Assembly (NCBI GenBank): GCA_051294375.1
Contig: CM119263.1
Coordinates: 2,725,583 to 2,789,582, forward strand
Source of the DNA: Paraspadella gotoi
Lineage: Eukaryota; Animalia; Chaetognatha
DNA length: 64,000 nucleotides
Direction of reading: 5' to 3'
A program made the translations under genes and the position numbers. The notes under the pieces were generated by a model, which was not told the DNA's origin, ran no database searches, and was given only the letters and a program-made list of their open reading frames with translations. Below, in pieces: positions 40,688-54,074 of the stretch (within the stretch, counting starts at the first letter, position 1; every line of letters begins with the position of its first letter).

Positions 40688-43600
40688 GAAAGAGAGATAA
40701 GAAAAAAAGACTTGAGAAATATGGGAAGAATAGGAAGTCGTAAAGAATGAAAACGTGTTTTACGAGGGAGAAACTTTCCTTCGAGGCGAAGAAACCGGAA
40801 GAAGGAAAGAAAAAGAAAAAAGCGGAGGCACGGCAATTTAAAAAAAGAAATTATGCAAATTTATTTTCCTCCCCATCTAAAAAGGGAAAAGCAAAGAAGA
40901 GGAGGAAAAGCCGAGAAGAAAATAAGAAAAGAGAAGAAAGAAAAAAAGAAAGAAGAATAAAAAAATAATAAAAAAGAAAGAAAGAAAGAAGAAAGAAGAG
41001 AAAGAAAGCTTAATACTGTCACAGAGAACAGAAAAGAAGAGAGTGTAGGAAATAAGAAAGAATGAAAAGAAAGCCCTTGTAGTGAACGTGTAAAAATAAA
41101 AGGAGTCCAGTAGCACGTTGAGAGGAAAAGAGGGGAGAAGGGGAGGGCGGAGGGGGCGTTGGCGAGCGCGGAGGGCAAGGAAAGAAAATTGAATGAAAGG
41201 AAAGATGCAAACGAAAACACTTAGTGATGGACGAAACGCGACGGAGAGATGGAGAGTAGAGTGATGGAGAGAGTAAAATCGAGAAATAATGATCCTTTGA
41301 TCTTTCCCTCTGTTCTTTGCTGGACTAGCCGTAAGAAGGTAGCGAACCGGACGAAGACAATGACGACATCGACGACACGAACGACCGACGACGACCGAGC
41401 GGAGAAAAGACGATAACAAAATATATTTTGAATAATTCAGTAATCACGCTGGTTTACTCGAGGCGTATATAACAATAAAAAGTATATTAAGTTAAATCAT
41501 TTTTAGTTGCTCGATAAGTCACATTTTCGGTCGGTCTGTCGGTCCGGTCAGTTCGTCGTATGTCTTGCCGTCGGTCTGACCCACTTACCGTTAAAAGCAA
41601 TGGCATTTACGTAATTCGCCTATAGTATGGTTGCTCCATTGTTTAAGACAGAAAAAACCCAAATCTAAGAGAGCCCTGTCCAGCGAGCCGCCTTCAGGAA
41701 TTCCTTAAAACTTTTCAGGAATAAAAGACGGTTATTTACTGCTTGTCAGATAATGTTCATATCATACAATGTGATCAAAGGGAAAATAGACGTAAAATAA
41801 GTCACTGCGGCGCAACGCCTTTGGAATTAACCGTTATTGTTATTTAAATTTTTTTCGGATATCAAAAAATTAGAATGAGGAAGTCGATGACGATGAAGAG
41901 CAACAAAGATCTGAACAACAATTAACAAAAAATTACAACAACAACGCCGGACTAAGAAATGACAACAACGTGACAACGACAGCGACTGGGTACTCTGCGA
42001 AGGCGGAAAACGTAATGAATCACGAGGAGCACATCGGATTTTGGATTAGAAAATCGATCCATGAATCTCATCCTCCATAATTAATCGCGCCCTTTTCTTT
42101 TCTTTCCTTTTCTTTTCTTACATTTCTCATTTCTCTTTTCTCTTCTCTTTCTTTTTCTACTTATCGTAACTACTTTTCTCTCTCTCCTTTCTTCTCATTA
42201 GCAATTCTTCTTTGGATATTCATCTCTGATCTTCCTCCTTTTTCGCTTTATCCTTTCTCTTTCTCTCTCTCTCTTCCTCTCTCTCTCTCCGTTTCTCCTC
42301 TTCTCTCTCTCTGCTTCTTTTTGATTTCGTTACTTCTACTTACTCATAACGTTACTAACATCTCCCGTCCAAGCTTACATTAAAGGAGAGCAAGTGAGCA
42401 ACAAACATCAGCATCATCAAAATCCAAACAAAAATACACAAAAACACAACAAGACCGGCCAATCGACGCCGGCAACTCGTAGCAACGAAAACTGGTGTCG
42501 TAGTGCTCGTGCTCATGCCGGCATCCTTCCCTTCCCTCTTTCGTCTCTGCATCTTCTCTCTCTTCTTTCGGCAATTCAGTGTGGGCTTGATGCTTCCTGG
42601 AATTGTCTTGATTTTTCTTCGGCCACTTTTTTTCCTTATTTTTGGTCTTTTTTTTCCTTTTTCTTCGTTATTTACTTTCATCCTGCATTTGGTTGTTTTG
42701 TCGTTTGTTTTTCCTTCTTAGAGTGCCCACTCCCGTAACCAAACACCCTTGCACGATCATTAAACCGGCCAAAATCCAAAGGAAAAATAAAACGAAGAAA
42801 GTGAAAAATATAAAAAAAATACACGCGAAAGTTAAATTGTTTCTCTGTGGTTATTTATTTACTCGACCCGCACGCGGTGGTTGGTGAACCGCGGGTGGTT
42901 GGGTGAACCCGTGGTTTGGTGAACCCCGGAGTGATTTTGGTTGAAAAGGATGACGTCAGGTAAGGAAGATCAATCAGCAATTAATTAGCATTTATATGTT
43001 TGTTATAAATGGTTTGTGGGATAAAAAGAAATGAAGTAAAAACCAGGAAATCGAAAATTATACGTCAAGTAAATCCGAGAAACAAATAACAAAAAACAAA
43101 TGAACTTAAAAAAAAAAGACCGAAGAGAATTTGTTTCTAAAAAAAAAATGAGGCCTTATTTTCCCAGAGAACGTCCGCATTTCATAGTAAAATTCGAAAT
43201 TAAGTTTAATTTTTAATAATTAGTTTAAAAATTAAGGTTTAGTTAAGGTCTGCGAGTTTAGGGTAGGATTAAGGATAGGGACTTAGTTAAAGGTTAAGGT
43301 GTTTGGCGTTTAGGGTTTTATGGATTACAGGTTACGGATTAGGATTAAGGATTAGATTTAAGGTTATGTATTGAGGGTTAAAAAAATTAGGATTAGAGAT
43401 TAAGTGATAGTTTTGGTAAAAATTAGGGTTACATATTAACGTTAAATTTAAAGTAACAGAAATGGTGCGGCTCCGTGAAAAATAGAGCCGAAAAAGGAGC
43501 CTGGTGAGACTCGAGTCTCCTTCTTCCGTTATATGGCGACATAGAAATTGTTTTCCTTGCCAAGAGGATTTACATTTCAGAGCTCAAAGAGTTTTTTTTA

Positions 43601-44104
43601 TTTTTTGTTCGAAGGCAACAAAGGAAGTAAGGATTTCGTTGCGGTCCAGAGAGGAGACTTTACCTTTTTAAAAAGTAAGTGCCCACTCTTTCATTAAAAA
43701 AAGAGATTTAGTCCGCGCGTAAATCGAAATAGAATTGGGTTGGTTGGATTCGTTTGGATGAGAGTGAACGAAAATAAAATCGTCAAGAAAATGTAAAATT
43801 GAAATTTAACGTTCAAGATAACCAGATATAAAAGAATCAAAGTTGCAAAAAAGTTTACAAAAGAAGGTGCGCTCATGATTCCTGGCCTAGATTACATTCA
43901 GACTTTTGTGCAGACATCCCATCTTCAAGACTATGAATCTCAAAATTCCATTGCCAACATTCATCTTTTTATTTTATTACCCTATTCTTCCCAGTTGCAT
44001 CTTTTTCCGCTCCATCAGCATCCTAATTATAGTCGCTCGATCGACTAGTGGTATTCACATAAATTCAATTCCCCCTCCATGATCATAATCCGCTGCCATG
44101 TTGT

Positions 44105-44805
44105 GTCATTCATTCCCATTCATCTCTCCTGGCTGCAGAGGTAGATTCCTTCCATCATTCATTCCCCATTCATTCTCCATTAATTCGCCCCATTCATTTT
44201 TCCATTCATTTCCCAATCTATCACGCATTTCCATTCCCTACATTCATTCTCTATTTTCATCGCCTATTCATGTCTCTATTCATTCCGATTCATTCTCGCA
44301 TTCATTCGTCCATTAATTTCCAATCATTCACGATCTATCATAGTGTCCCCAGTGTCAGTCTAGCTCTATTCATTCCCTAATTCATTCTCTATCATTTCCC
44401 ATTCATTCCCTCTCATTCATCTCACCATTCATTCCCATTTCATTCCCCATTCATTCTCTATTCATTCCCCATTCATCTCTATTCATTCCTTATTTCATTC
44501 TCTATCATTTCCCCATTCATTTCCCATTCATGTCCCATTCATTCCCATTCATTCCCCATTCATATTCCCATTGTCATTCCCAAACATTCCCCATTCATAT
44601 CTCATTCATTCCCCATTCATTCTTCTATTCATTCACTCTATTCATTCCATATTCATTGTCCCATTCAATGTCACCCATTCATTTCCCATTTCATTCCCCA
44701 TTCATTCCCCATACATATCCCCATTCATTCCACATTCATCCCCATTCATTCTCCATTCATTCCCATTCATTCCCATTCATTCCCATTCATTCCATCATTC
44801 CCCAC
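44105..44805. repeat. (CATTC/CCCATT)n simple satellite, mirrored at ~46385-46600
   Basis: Direct reading. Confidence 0.8.
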
Positions 44806-47122
44806 AGCGACCACGATTCATCTCCCTCCCGCCACATTTTAAACTCACCTCCACGTTTAAAATATCCAGACTTCCCTTTCCTCCTTCACTTACCCAAACC
44901 CGACTCTATCGACCCAGCGACTCACTTCTCCCTCACTTTTCCCCGATTCTCACCTCGTTTCTCTCGGTTCAAGGTCGGGGTAAGGGGGCTGGAGCCATCC
45001 CTCTTCCTCCTCCTCCTCTTTCTCCTCCTCCTCTTCCTCCTCTTCCTCCTCTTACTCCTTCTCCCCTCTTCCTCCACCTCCTCCTCCTCCTTCTCCTTTC
45101 TTTCTCTCCTTCTGGGACTTTTTTCTTTCTCCTTCTCTTTCTTCTTTCTTTCTTTCTTTGCTGTTTTCTTTTTGTTTCTTTTCTTCCTGTTTTTTCTTTC
45201 AATCTCTCCTTTCTCCTTCTTTCCTTCAATCTTTCTATTTTTTTCTTTTATCTCTCTTTCTTTCTTTCTCTTCTTTCTTCCCTTTCTCTTTTTCTTTCTT
45301 CTTTTTTTCTCGCTTTTGGTATTTTCTTCTTTCTTTCTCTCTCTTTTATTTTTTTTGGTTTTCTTTTCTTTTCTTTCTTCTTCTCTTTCTCTCCTTCCTT
45401 TTTCTTCTCTGCTTTCTCTCCTTCCTTTTTCTCTTCTTTCCTTTTTTAGAGGAGAAAAATAAATTTGCAAATTTTCTTTTAAAATTGCGTGCCTCCGCTT
45501 TTTTTCTTTCTTTTCCTTCTTGCCGGCGCTCGAAAGGAGTTTCTTCCCTCGTAAACACGTTTTCATCTTTACGNNNNNNNNNNNNNNNNNNNNNNNNNAT
45601 AAGAAAAAAAAGACTTGAGAAATATGGGAAGAATAAAGTCGTAAAGATGAAAACGTGTTTACGAGGGAAGAAACTCCTTCGAGCGACCGGAAGAAGGAAA
45701 AGAAAGAAAAAAAGCGGAGGCACGCAATTTAAAAGAAAATTTGCAAATTTATTTTCTCCTCTAAAAAGGAAAGAAGAAAAAGGAGGAAAAGCGAGAAGAA
45801 AAAGGAAGGAGAGAAAGAAAGAAGAAAGAAAAAGAAAAGAAACCAAAAAAAATTAAAAGGAGAGAAAGAAAGAAGAAATACAAAAGCGAGAAAAAAAGAA
45901 GAAAGAAAAAGAAGAGATAGAAAGAAGAAAGAAGAAAGAGAGATAAAAAGAAAAAATAGAAAGGATTGAAGGAAAGAAGAAGAAAGGAGAGATAGAAAGA
46001 AAAAACAGAAAGAAAAGAAACAAAAAAGAAACAGCAAGAAAAGAAAGAAAGAAGAAAGAGAAAGGAGAGAAAGAAAAAAGTCCCAGAAAGGAGAGAAAGA
46101 AAGGAGAAGGAGGAGGAGGAGGTGGAGGAAGAGGGGGAGAAGGAGTAAGAGGAGGAAGAGGAGGAGGAGAAAGAGGAGGAGGAGAAAGAGGGATGGCTCC
46201 AGCCCCCTTACCCCGACCTTGAACCGAGAAACGAGCGTGAGAATCGGGAAAAGTGAGGGAGAAGTGAGTCGCTGGTCGATGAGTCGGTTTGGGTAAGTGA
46301 AGGAGGAAAGGGAAGTCTGGGAATTTTTAAACGTGGAGGTGAGTTTAAAATGTTGGCGGGAGGGAGATGAATCGTGGTCGCTGTGGGGAATGAATGGGGA
46401 ATGAATGGGAAATGAATGGGGAATGAATGGGAAATGAATAGAGAATGAATAGGGAATGAATAGAGAATGAATGGGGAATGAATGGTGAATGATTGGGAAA
46501 TGAATGGAAAATGAATGGGGAATTAATGGAGAATGAATGGGGAATGAATGAGGAATGAATGGAGAATGAATGGTGAATGAATGGGGAATGAATGGGAATT
46601 GAATTTTTGAATACACTTAGTGATCGAGGATATAATTAGGATTGTGATGGAGCGGAAAAAGATGAATGGGGAATGAATAAGGAATAAATAAAAAATGAAT
46701 GTGGAATGAATTTTGAATATAGTTTGAATAGTGAGGGAATTAATAGAGCAGGAATAGAGCTGTCACTATTTTGTAAACTTTTGCAACTTTGATTCTTTTA
46801 TATTCTGTATTTGAAGTTAAATTTCATTTTACATTTTCTTGACGATTTTATTTTCGTTCACTCTCATCCAAACGAATCCAACCAAAACCCAATTTATTTC
46901 GATTACGCGACTAAATCTCTTTTTGTAATGAAAGAGTCACTTACTTTTAAAAAGGTAAGTCTCTCTCTGACGCAACGAAATCTTTACTTTCCTTTTTCTT
47001 CGACAAAAAAATAAAAAAAACTCTTTTGAGTCTGAAATGTAAATCTCTTCTTTGGAAGGAAAACAATTTTATGGTCGCCATAAACGAAGAAGGAGACTCG
47101 AGTCTCACAGGTTTCCTTTTTC

Positions 47123-47450
47123 GGCTCTATTTTCCGAGAGCGCCCCATTTCTGTTACTTAAATTTAACGTTAATATGTAACCCTAATTTTTTACCAAAAC
47201 TATCACTTAATCTCTAATCCTAATTTTTAACCCTAATACATAACCTTAATCTTAATCCTTAATCCTAATCCGTAACCTTAATCCATAAACCCTAAACGCC
47301 ATAACACCTTAACCTTAAAACTAAGTCCCTATCCTTAATCCCTAACCCTAACTGCAGACCTAACTTAACCCTAATTTGTGAAATAATTTATAAAAAATTA
47401 ACTTAATTCCAAATTTACTATGAAATGGGACGTTCTGGGAAAATAAGGCC
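47123..47450. mobile_element. MITE with ~28-bp imperfect TIRs and a degenerate TTAGGG-like core
   Basis: Left end ggctctattttccgagagcgccccatttc; right end gaaatgggacgttctgggaaaataaggcc. Interior of cctaat/cctaac units. A mirrored noisy copy lies at ~43152-43489. Confidence 0.75.
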
Positions 47451-48022
47451 TCAATTTTTTTTTGAGAAACAAATTCTCTTCGGGTTTTTTTTTTTAAGTT
47501 CATTTGTTTTTTGTTATTTGTTTCTCGATTTACTTGACGTTTAATTTTCGATTCCTGGTTTTTTACTTCATTTTTTTATCCCAAACCATATTTATACAAC
47601 ATATAAATGTAATTAATTGCTGATTGATCTTCCTTTCCTGACGTCATCCTTTCACAAAATCACCCGGGGTTCACCAAACCACGCGGGTTCACCCAACCAC
47701 GCGGGTTCACCCAACCACGCGGGTCGAGTAAATAAATAAACCACAAGAAACAATTTAACTTTCGGTGATTTTTTTTTATTTTTCACTTTCTTCGTTTTTT
47801 TTTCTCTTTTGGATTTTGGTTAATGACTCGTGCAAGGGTTTGGTTAGGGAGTGGCTAAGAAGGAAAACAACGACAACAACAACAAAATGCAGATGAAGTA
47901 AAGAAGAAAAAAAGGAAAAAAAGACCAAAAAATAAGAAAAAAAGGGGCGGAAGAAAATCAAGGGAAAAAATTGCGAGAAAATCAGCCAATCAGCCTCACA
48001 CTCGTGGGTGTGCCGGGGATAG

Positions 48023-48062
<40 letters not shown>

Positions 48063-48498
48063 CGACGAGGCAGCAGACGATTACAAGGAGAGATTCAGAG
48101 TGACGCAGAGAGAGAGGTGCGCCGGCCATGAGATTCTCGGTGCAACCTCCGGCAGGCGAAGTCTTTTCGTTGTTCAGGAAGCGAGTTTTTGCCAAGCGTC
48201 GCATACGAGGTCACGGATCTTGTTGTTGTTGTTGTTGATTTTGTTGTTGTTGTTGTTTATTTTGTTGTTGTTTTGTTGTTAATGTTTTAATTTTTTATGT
48301 TAGTGATGCTGATGTTGTTGTTGTTGTTATGGTCTTTGTCTCTTTCCTTTAATGATCAAGGTTTGCGACTGTGAGTTATGTTCAGTCAACGGCTTTTATT
48401 GACAAAAGTCATAAGTCAGATGTCAAAACCGATTAAAAGCTGTGAGAAGGAAAGGGGGAGAAAGAGAGAGAGAGAGAGAGAGAGAGAATGAGGATGAA

Positions 48499-48535
<37 letters not shown>

Positions 48536-48902
48536 AAAGGAAAAAGGAGGAAATGTATGAATATCAAAGAGAATTGCATGAGGAAGAGAAGAGGAGAGAA
48601 AAGTATAGAAGTAGAAAAAGAGAAGAGAAGAGAAAAGAGAAATGAAGAAAAGAAAAGAAAAGAAAAGAAAAGAAAAGGCGCGATTAATATGGAGATGAGA
48701 TTCATGGATCGATTTCGATCAAAATCGATGTCTTCCTCGTGATTCATTACGTTTTCCGCTTCGCAGAGTCGTTGTCGTTGTCGTTGTTGTCATTTTCTTA
48801 GTCGTTGTTGTTGTAATTATTTTTGTTATTGTTGTCATCTTTGTTCTCTTCATCGTCATCGACTTCCTCATTCTAATTTTTGATATCCGAAAAAAATAAA
48901 AT

Positions 48903-49226
48903 AACAATAACGGTAATTCCAAAGGGTTGCGCCGCAGTGACTTTATTTTTACGTCTATTTCCCTTTGATCACATGTTATGATATGAAATTACTTGACAAG
49001 AGTAAATAACCGTCTTTTATTCCTGAAAGTTTTAGGAATTCCTGAAGGCGGCGCTGACAGTCTCTTAGATTTGAGGTTTTTTTCTGTCTTAACAAATGAG
49101 CAACCAACTATAGGCGAATTAGTAAATGCATTTTTAACGTAAGTGGGACAGACCGACGGACAGACATACCGACGAACTGACCGACCGACAGACCGACCGA
49201 AAAGTGACTTATCGAGCAACTAAAAA
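48903..49226 (-). mobile_element. HINE-like element, same family
   Basis: Same core (ctatagttggttgctcatttgtt, cgccgccttcaggaa). The 3' subTIR GCGGCGCAAC is perfectly complementary to the family 5' GTTGCGCCGC. A mirrored noisy copy lies at ~41500-41842. Confidence 0.7.
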
Positions 49227-49652
49227 TGATTAATTTAATATACATTTTTATTGTTATATACGCCTCAGTAAACCAGGTGATTACTGAATTATTCAAAATA
49301 TATTTTGTCGTCTTTCTCGGCGTCGTCGTCGTCGTTGTCGTCGTCGTCGTCGTCGTTGTCGTCGTCGTCGTCGTCGTCGTTTCCTCCTCTTTCTTACGCT
49401 AGGGTCCAGACAAAGAACAGAGGGAAAAAGATCAAAGATCATTATTTCTCGATTTCTCTCTCCATCACTCTCTCTCCATCTCTCCGTCGCTTTCTCCATC
49501 ACTAAGTGTTTTTCATTTGCATTTTCCTTTCATCAATTTTCTTTCCTTCCCCTCCGCCTCCCCAACGCCCCCCTCCGCCCTCCCTTCCTCCTCTTTTCCT
49601 TCTCAACGTTAACCTTTATTTTTTTCTTTTCTTTTCTTTTCTTTTATTTATC

Positions 49653-49704
<52 letters not shown>

Positions 49705-50864
49705 TTTTTAATTTTATTTCTTTCCTTCATTCTTTCTTTCTTTTTTATTTTTTCTTTCTTTCTTTTTTTATTTCTTTATTTCTTTCTTTTTATCTTTCTT
49801 TCTTTCTTTTATTCTTTCTTTCTTTCTTTCTTTCTTTTTCTCGTTCCTTCTTTCTATCTTTCTTTCCTTCTTTCTTCCTTTTTTCTTCCTTTTTTATTTT
49901 TTTCTCGCTTTCTTCCCTTCTTTCTTTCTTAATTTTTTTTATTTTAGTGAATTCTTCACAATATTTATTCAGATATTTTTTTAAAAATAGCATTTCGTCA
50001 AAAGAGACGTATTTCTCTCTCCCTTTTCTCTATCTAAGCCAAAAAAACACTAAATTGTTAAACAAATAAAAAAATATAAAAAGAACGAACAGCTGCAGAA
50101 AGAACAAATAAAAAAATATAAAAAGAACGAACAGCTGAAGAAAGAACAATTTCCCGATTTAGTAAAGAAAATAAGAAAAAGTGAGAACGTATTTTTTCCT
50201 CGACCCAACGACCTTGGAGGAATTTGCATCTTCGCGTCGACTACTCAAACTCCTACTTTTTTCCTTCTCTTCGGTCGCACGAGGCCAATTCTTTGGCTCC
50301 TTTTCAGCCCAACGAGGCCAATGTGGCTCAATCATTGTTTTTTTTCTCTCTTTAGTAAACTAGGCCAATATTCCTTATTGCTTAACCATTGTTTTCTTTT
50401 AAACTTGGCCAATGTGGGTCTCAACCACTTGTTTGCCTCTAAGGTCAATGAGACAATCTCGATTTTCTGCAATAAAACATTTACAACGACATTGAAAGCG
50501 ATGAATTCTCGCCAAATCTCTTCGTTTTCTTTCCATTAAAAAAATCCATTATTTTCTTCTCACGTTTGTTACCTTCTATTGCAATCGCCCCTTTTTGTAT
50601 CACAAATCATAGAAATCCAGTGAAAAACTCACAGCCTCTCACCCCGTTATCGTCCGTCGGTCGTCAAAGACAGTGAACCGCTTTACTTCCGTGAATTTCC
50701 CTTTTCTTGGCTTTGGTGAACCGAGTTTCAAATCTGACCCTCACTTCTTTCGTGACGTCAACCAAGTTTCACGTCCGAATCTCACTTCCCTAACGACGTC
50801 AACCGAAAACCTCTTTCGATCTCCAATCGAAAACTCATCCTGAGGAAAAAAGGTTTCGTGATTT

Positions 50865-51266
50865 TCGCCCTTGGTCAGTCTGGCTTCCAGACCACTCCGT
50901 CAATTAGTGTAAACCTTTTGGCCCTTTGTCAGTCTGGCCTCCCGACTCCTGCGTCACTTAGTGTCACCCTTCTCGCCCTTTGACAGTCTGGCCTCCAGAT
51001 CTCTCCGTCAATTAGTGTAAATCTTTTGGCCCTTTGTCAGTCTGGCCTCTCGACTCCTGTGTCACTTAGTGTCACCCTTCTTGCCCTTTGACAGTCTGGC
51101 CTCCAGATCACTCCGTCAATTAGTGTAAATCTTTTGGCCCTTTGTCAGTCTGGCCTCTCGACGACTCTACCAATTCGTGTCACCCTTCTCACCCTTTGTC
51201 AGTCTGGCCTCCAGACCACTCCGTCATTTAGTGTCACCCTTCTCGCCCTTTGTCAGTCTGGCCCCT
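50865..51266. repeat. Minisatellite of alternating ~37-39-bp monomers (76-bp dimer)
   Basis: Core gccctttgtcagtctggcct recurs about every 38 bp with two alternating linker types. Confidence 0.85.
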
Positions 51267-51877
51267 TGGGATACATCTAATTCTTTCCCTGCAATGGGTA
51301 TCCAACTGTCCACAACTCTCCACCCTGCCACTCCCACTTCTTCCCCCCCCGGACTCTCCGGGGTGAAAGAGTCAACCCCCTTCTCTCGGAGGAATCGGCG
51401 TCAGATTCCGAAAGAAATACGAGTTTCCATGGAAACGGAAACTCGTCTCTTCGACGAGAGAGGCACTTCTTTTCGCGTCGTCGTTGTCGTCGTTGTCGTC
51501 GAGGTTGTCGTTGCTTGAATTCTTGTCATCGTCATCGTCATATTTCGAATAGCTGTCATTGTCGTCGTCATTGTCTTCGTCATTGTCGTCGTCATAGTCT
51601 TCGTCATTGTCGTCGTCATCGCCTTCGTCGTCGATATCGTCGTTGTCGTCGTCATCATCGTTGTCATCGTCGTCGACTCCATGAAATTCCAAGAAATATT
51701 CAACTCAGACTTCAACGATTCATTTTTCACGTCGAAACTTTCAACTTTCTCTTTCGTCGTCGTTCATCGGCTCGAAAAGAAAAGAAAGTGAGAATCTTTT
51801 TTTTCGTTCACTGACTTCATTCATCGGCTTCGTTTCAGGTAGAAGCTTAACTTCGCTTATTATCTCTTTTCGCATTC

Positions 51878-52110
51878 GTTCATCAGCGACTCTTGCTTTT
51901 GGTCTTCAGCAACTTTTGCTTTTGTTCATCAGCTACTTTTGATTTTGTTCATAAGCTACTTTTGCTTTTGTTCATCAGTTACTTTTGCTCTCGTTCTTCA
52001 GCTACTTTTGCTTTTGTTCATCACCTACTTTTGTTTTCATCATCAGTTACTTTTGCTTTCGATCATCAGCTTCTTTTGCTTTTGTTCATCAACTACTTTT
52101 GCTTTCGGTC
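51878..52110. repeat. ~23-bp minisatellite (cagctacttttgcttttgttcat)
   Basis: About ten tandem units. Confidence 0.8.
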
Positions 52111-52568
52111 ATAAGCATCGAAACGGATTTCGTTTTCAATCCCAGACATTTTTCTTTTTTTTTCTTTTTTTCCTTTGAGAAATCCTTTCGAATTCAATTT
52201 CCTCTGATTTTTCTTTTTTTCTTTCTTTCTTTCTTTCTTTTCTTTCTTTTCTTTCTTTTCTTTCTTTCTTTCTTTCTTTCTTTTTTTTTTCTTTCTTTAT
52301 TTCCTCTCATTTCTCAGAATTGAATTTTTCTTCAGAATCCGAAAAAATACTTCGTTTATGAAATCAAATTCGATTGAGTTCCTTCAAAAGGGAGACCCCA
52401 CCGACCCAAGACTGTCGAGTACGGATTTCATATTTGAGAACCAAATCCTTTTATCCTGTTTTTCTTTTTTTTCTCTATCTCTTCTTTCTTTCATGCTTTC
52501 TCTTCTTTTCATGTCTATATTTTTTCTTTTTGTCATTCTTGATTCTCAATTCATTTCACTCTGGGTCT

Positions 52569-52622
<54 letters not shown>

Positions 52623-52999
52623 TCTCTCTCTCTTTTTCTCTCTCTTTCTTCTTTTTCACCTTTAGATTAAAATCCATTTTTCTGCATATATATTTGAATT
52701 ATCGGATAACTTGACATTATTTTTGTTCCTTGTCCCACCGTTCCCACTATTTTTCTTCCTTTCATTTCTTTTCATCAATTTTTTTCTCTTCTGTCTTCAT
52801 TTCTCCCTCTTCTCTTCTCTCCATCTTTTCTCAGAAATCGAGACGTGCAAATCGGGACGATCCCCCCCCGCCCCCTTTATCGGGGGGGATGTGGAAGAGT
52901 TGAGAATTGAGACTCACAGATAAAATTGACGCATTTGAAATTAAATTTTTATTCTCCACTTTAGTTTCCTTTTATGTCTCCTAAAACTTTTTCGAGGAT

Positions 53000-53299
53000 G
53001 AGCCTTTTTTTCCAAGAACGCCCCATTTCATTCTAAATTCAAAATTAGGTAGAAAGGATTAAGTTAAGGATTAGGTTAATGATTAAATTTAGGAAATAAA
53101 TTAATAATTAGGGCTAGTGATTAGGATTTAAGATTAGGGGTTAGGGTTACAAATTAGGAATAAAGGTTTAGGGTTAGGGTTCAGGATTAGAGTTAGAGAT
53201 TGCGTTAAAAGTTTAAAAATATATTTGGGTTAAATATTAAGATTAAAATTAAATTCTGGGATGAAGGTACAAAAATGAGACTTTCTGGGAAAGGAAAGC
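53000..53299. mobile_element. MITE, same family
   Basis: Left TIR gagcctttttttccaagaacgccccatttc, ttaggg-like core, degenerate right TIR aaatgagactttctgggaaaggaaagc. Confidence 0.65.
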
Positions 53300-54018
53300 A
53301 CATTTTTGGTTTTTGGTCTGTCCATCCTTCTACATCTAAGTTCCTCTCCCACTACTCACCTTCAACCGATTTGCCAATAACTTTCCTCCAAGACGTCATC
53401 TCAAACGTCAACAGTCAACGTCGTCTTTTCCTCACCTTTTCTTCCATCGTCGCGTCAAATATCTTCCGGTCAAAAGTTCCATCTCTCCACGATGACCTTA
53501 CTTTCTCTCACTCTCTCCTTCTGTCAATTTCCATTTTCTTATTCCCAATCGTCAAACGTCAAAAGTCTGATTCCACTTCTTGATTATTTTCGACGGATAT
53601 TCGCCACTATGTATTGATAACCGTTAGCCCCATATTCGCCACCACTCCCACTAGCCACCTTATTATAAACAACCACCTTCGTTGTCATTTTTCTCCACTC
53701 CTGATTTCAGCTTTATCCCGACAACTCCCTTTTTCCGAAATTTATGCGATGTATTTTTGTAAGGGATGATTATATAATTTGATCTAACATAAATATCATT
53801 TACATATTGTAGTGTTTATTTAAAAAGAGTTTATTTTCATTTCGCAATTCAATATTATTTTTGTTCTTAGGATTTTTAGTAGTATTTGATAGTTATTAGT
53901 TAATGAATAATGATTAACAATTTTAATGATAAATAATCTGCAAATTAGCAGCAGGACAAACAACAAAGACAATGACAACGACAACTAGCAATTTTTTTCA
54001 GACTGAGACTGAGAGACT

Positions 54019-54074
<56 letters not shown>

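Larger units (their letters stand above)
41100..49620. other. ~4-kb-arm inverted duplication around the 25-N gap at 45574-45598
   Basis: 41100-45573 is an indel-rich reverse complement of ~45640-49620 (HINE, MITE and CATTC tract all mirrored). ~40695-41000 is also a direct copy of ~45600-45900. Confidence 0.88.

Noticed and set aside
43240-43430. Telomere or chromosome-fusion relic
   Set aside because: Highly degenerate hexamers bounded by MITE TIRs in several dispersed copies.
50865-51266. CRISPR array
   Set aside because: The spacers are repeated rather than unique, the context is eukaryotic, and there are no cas genes.
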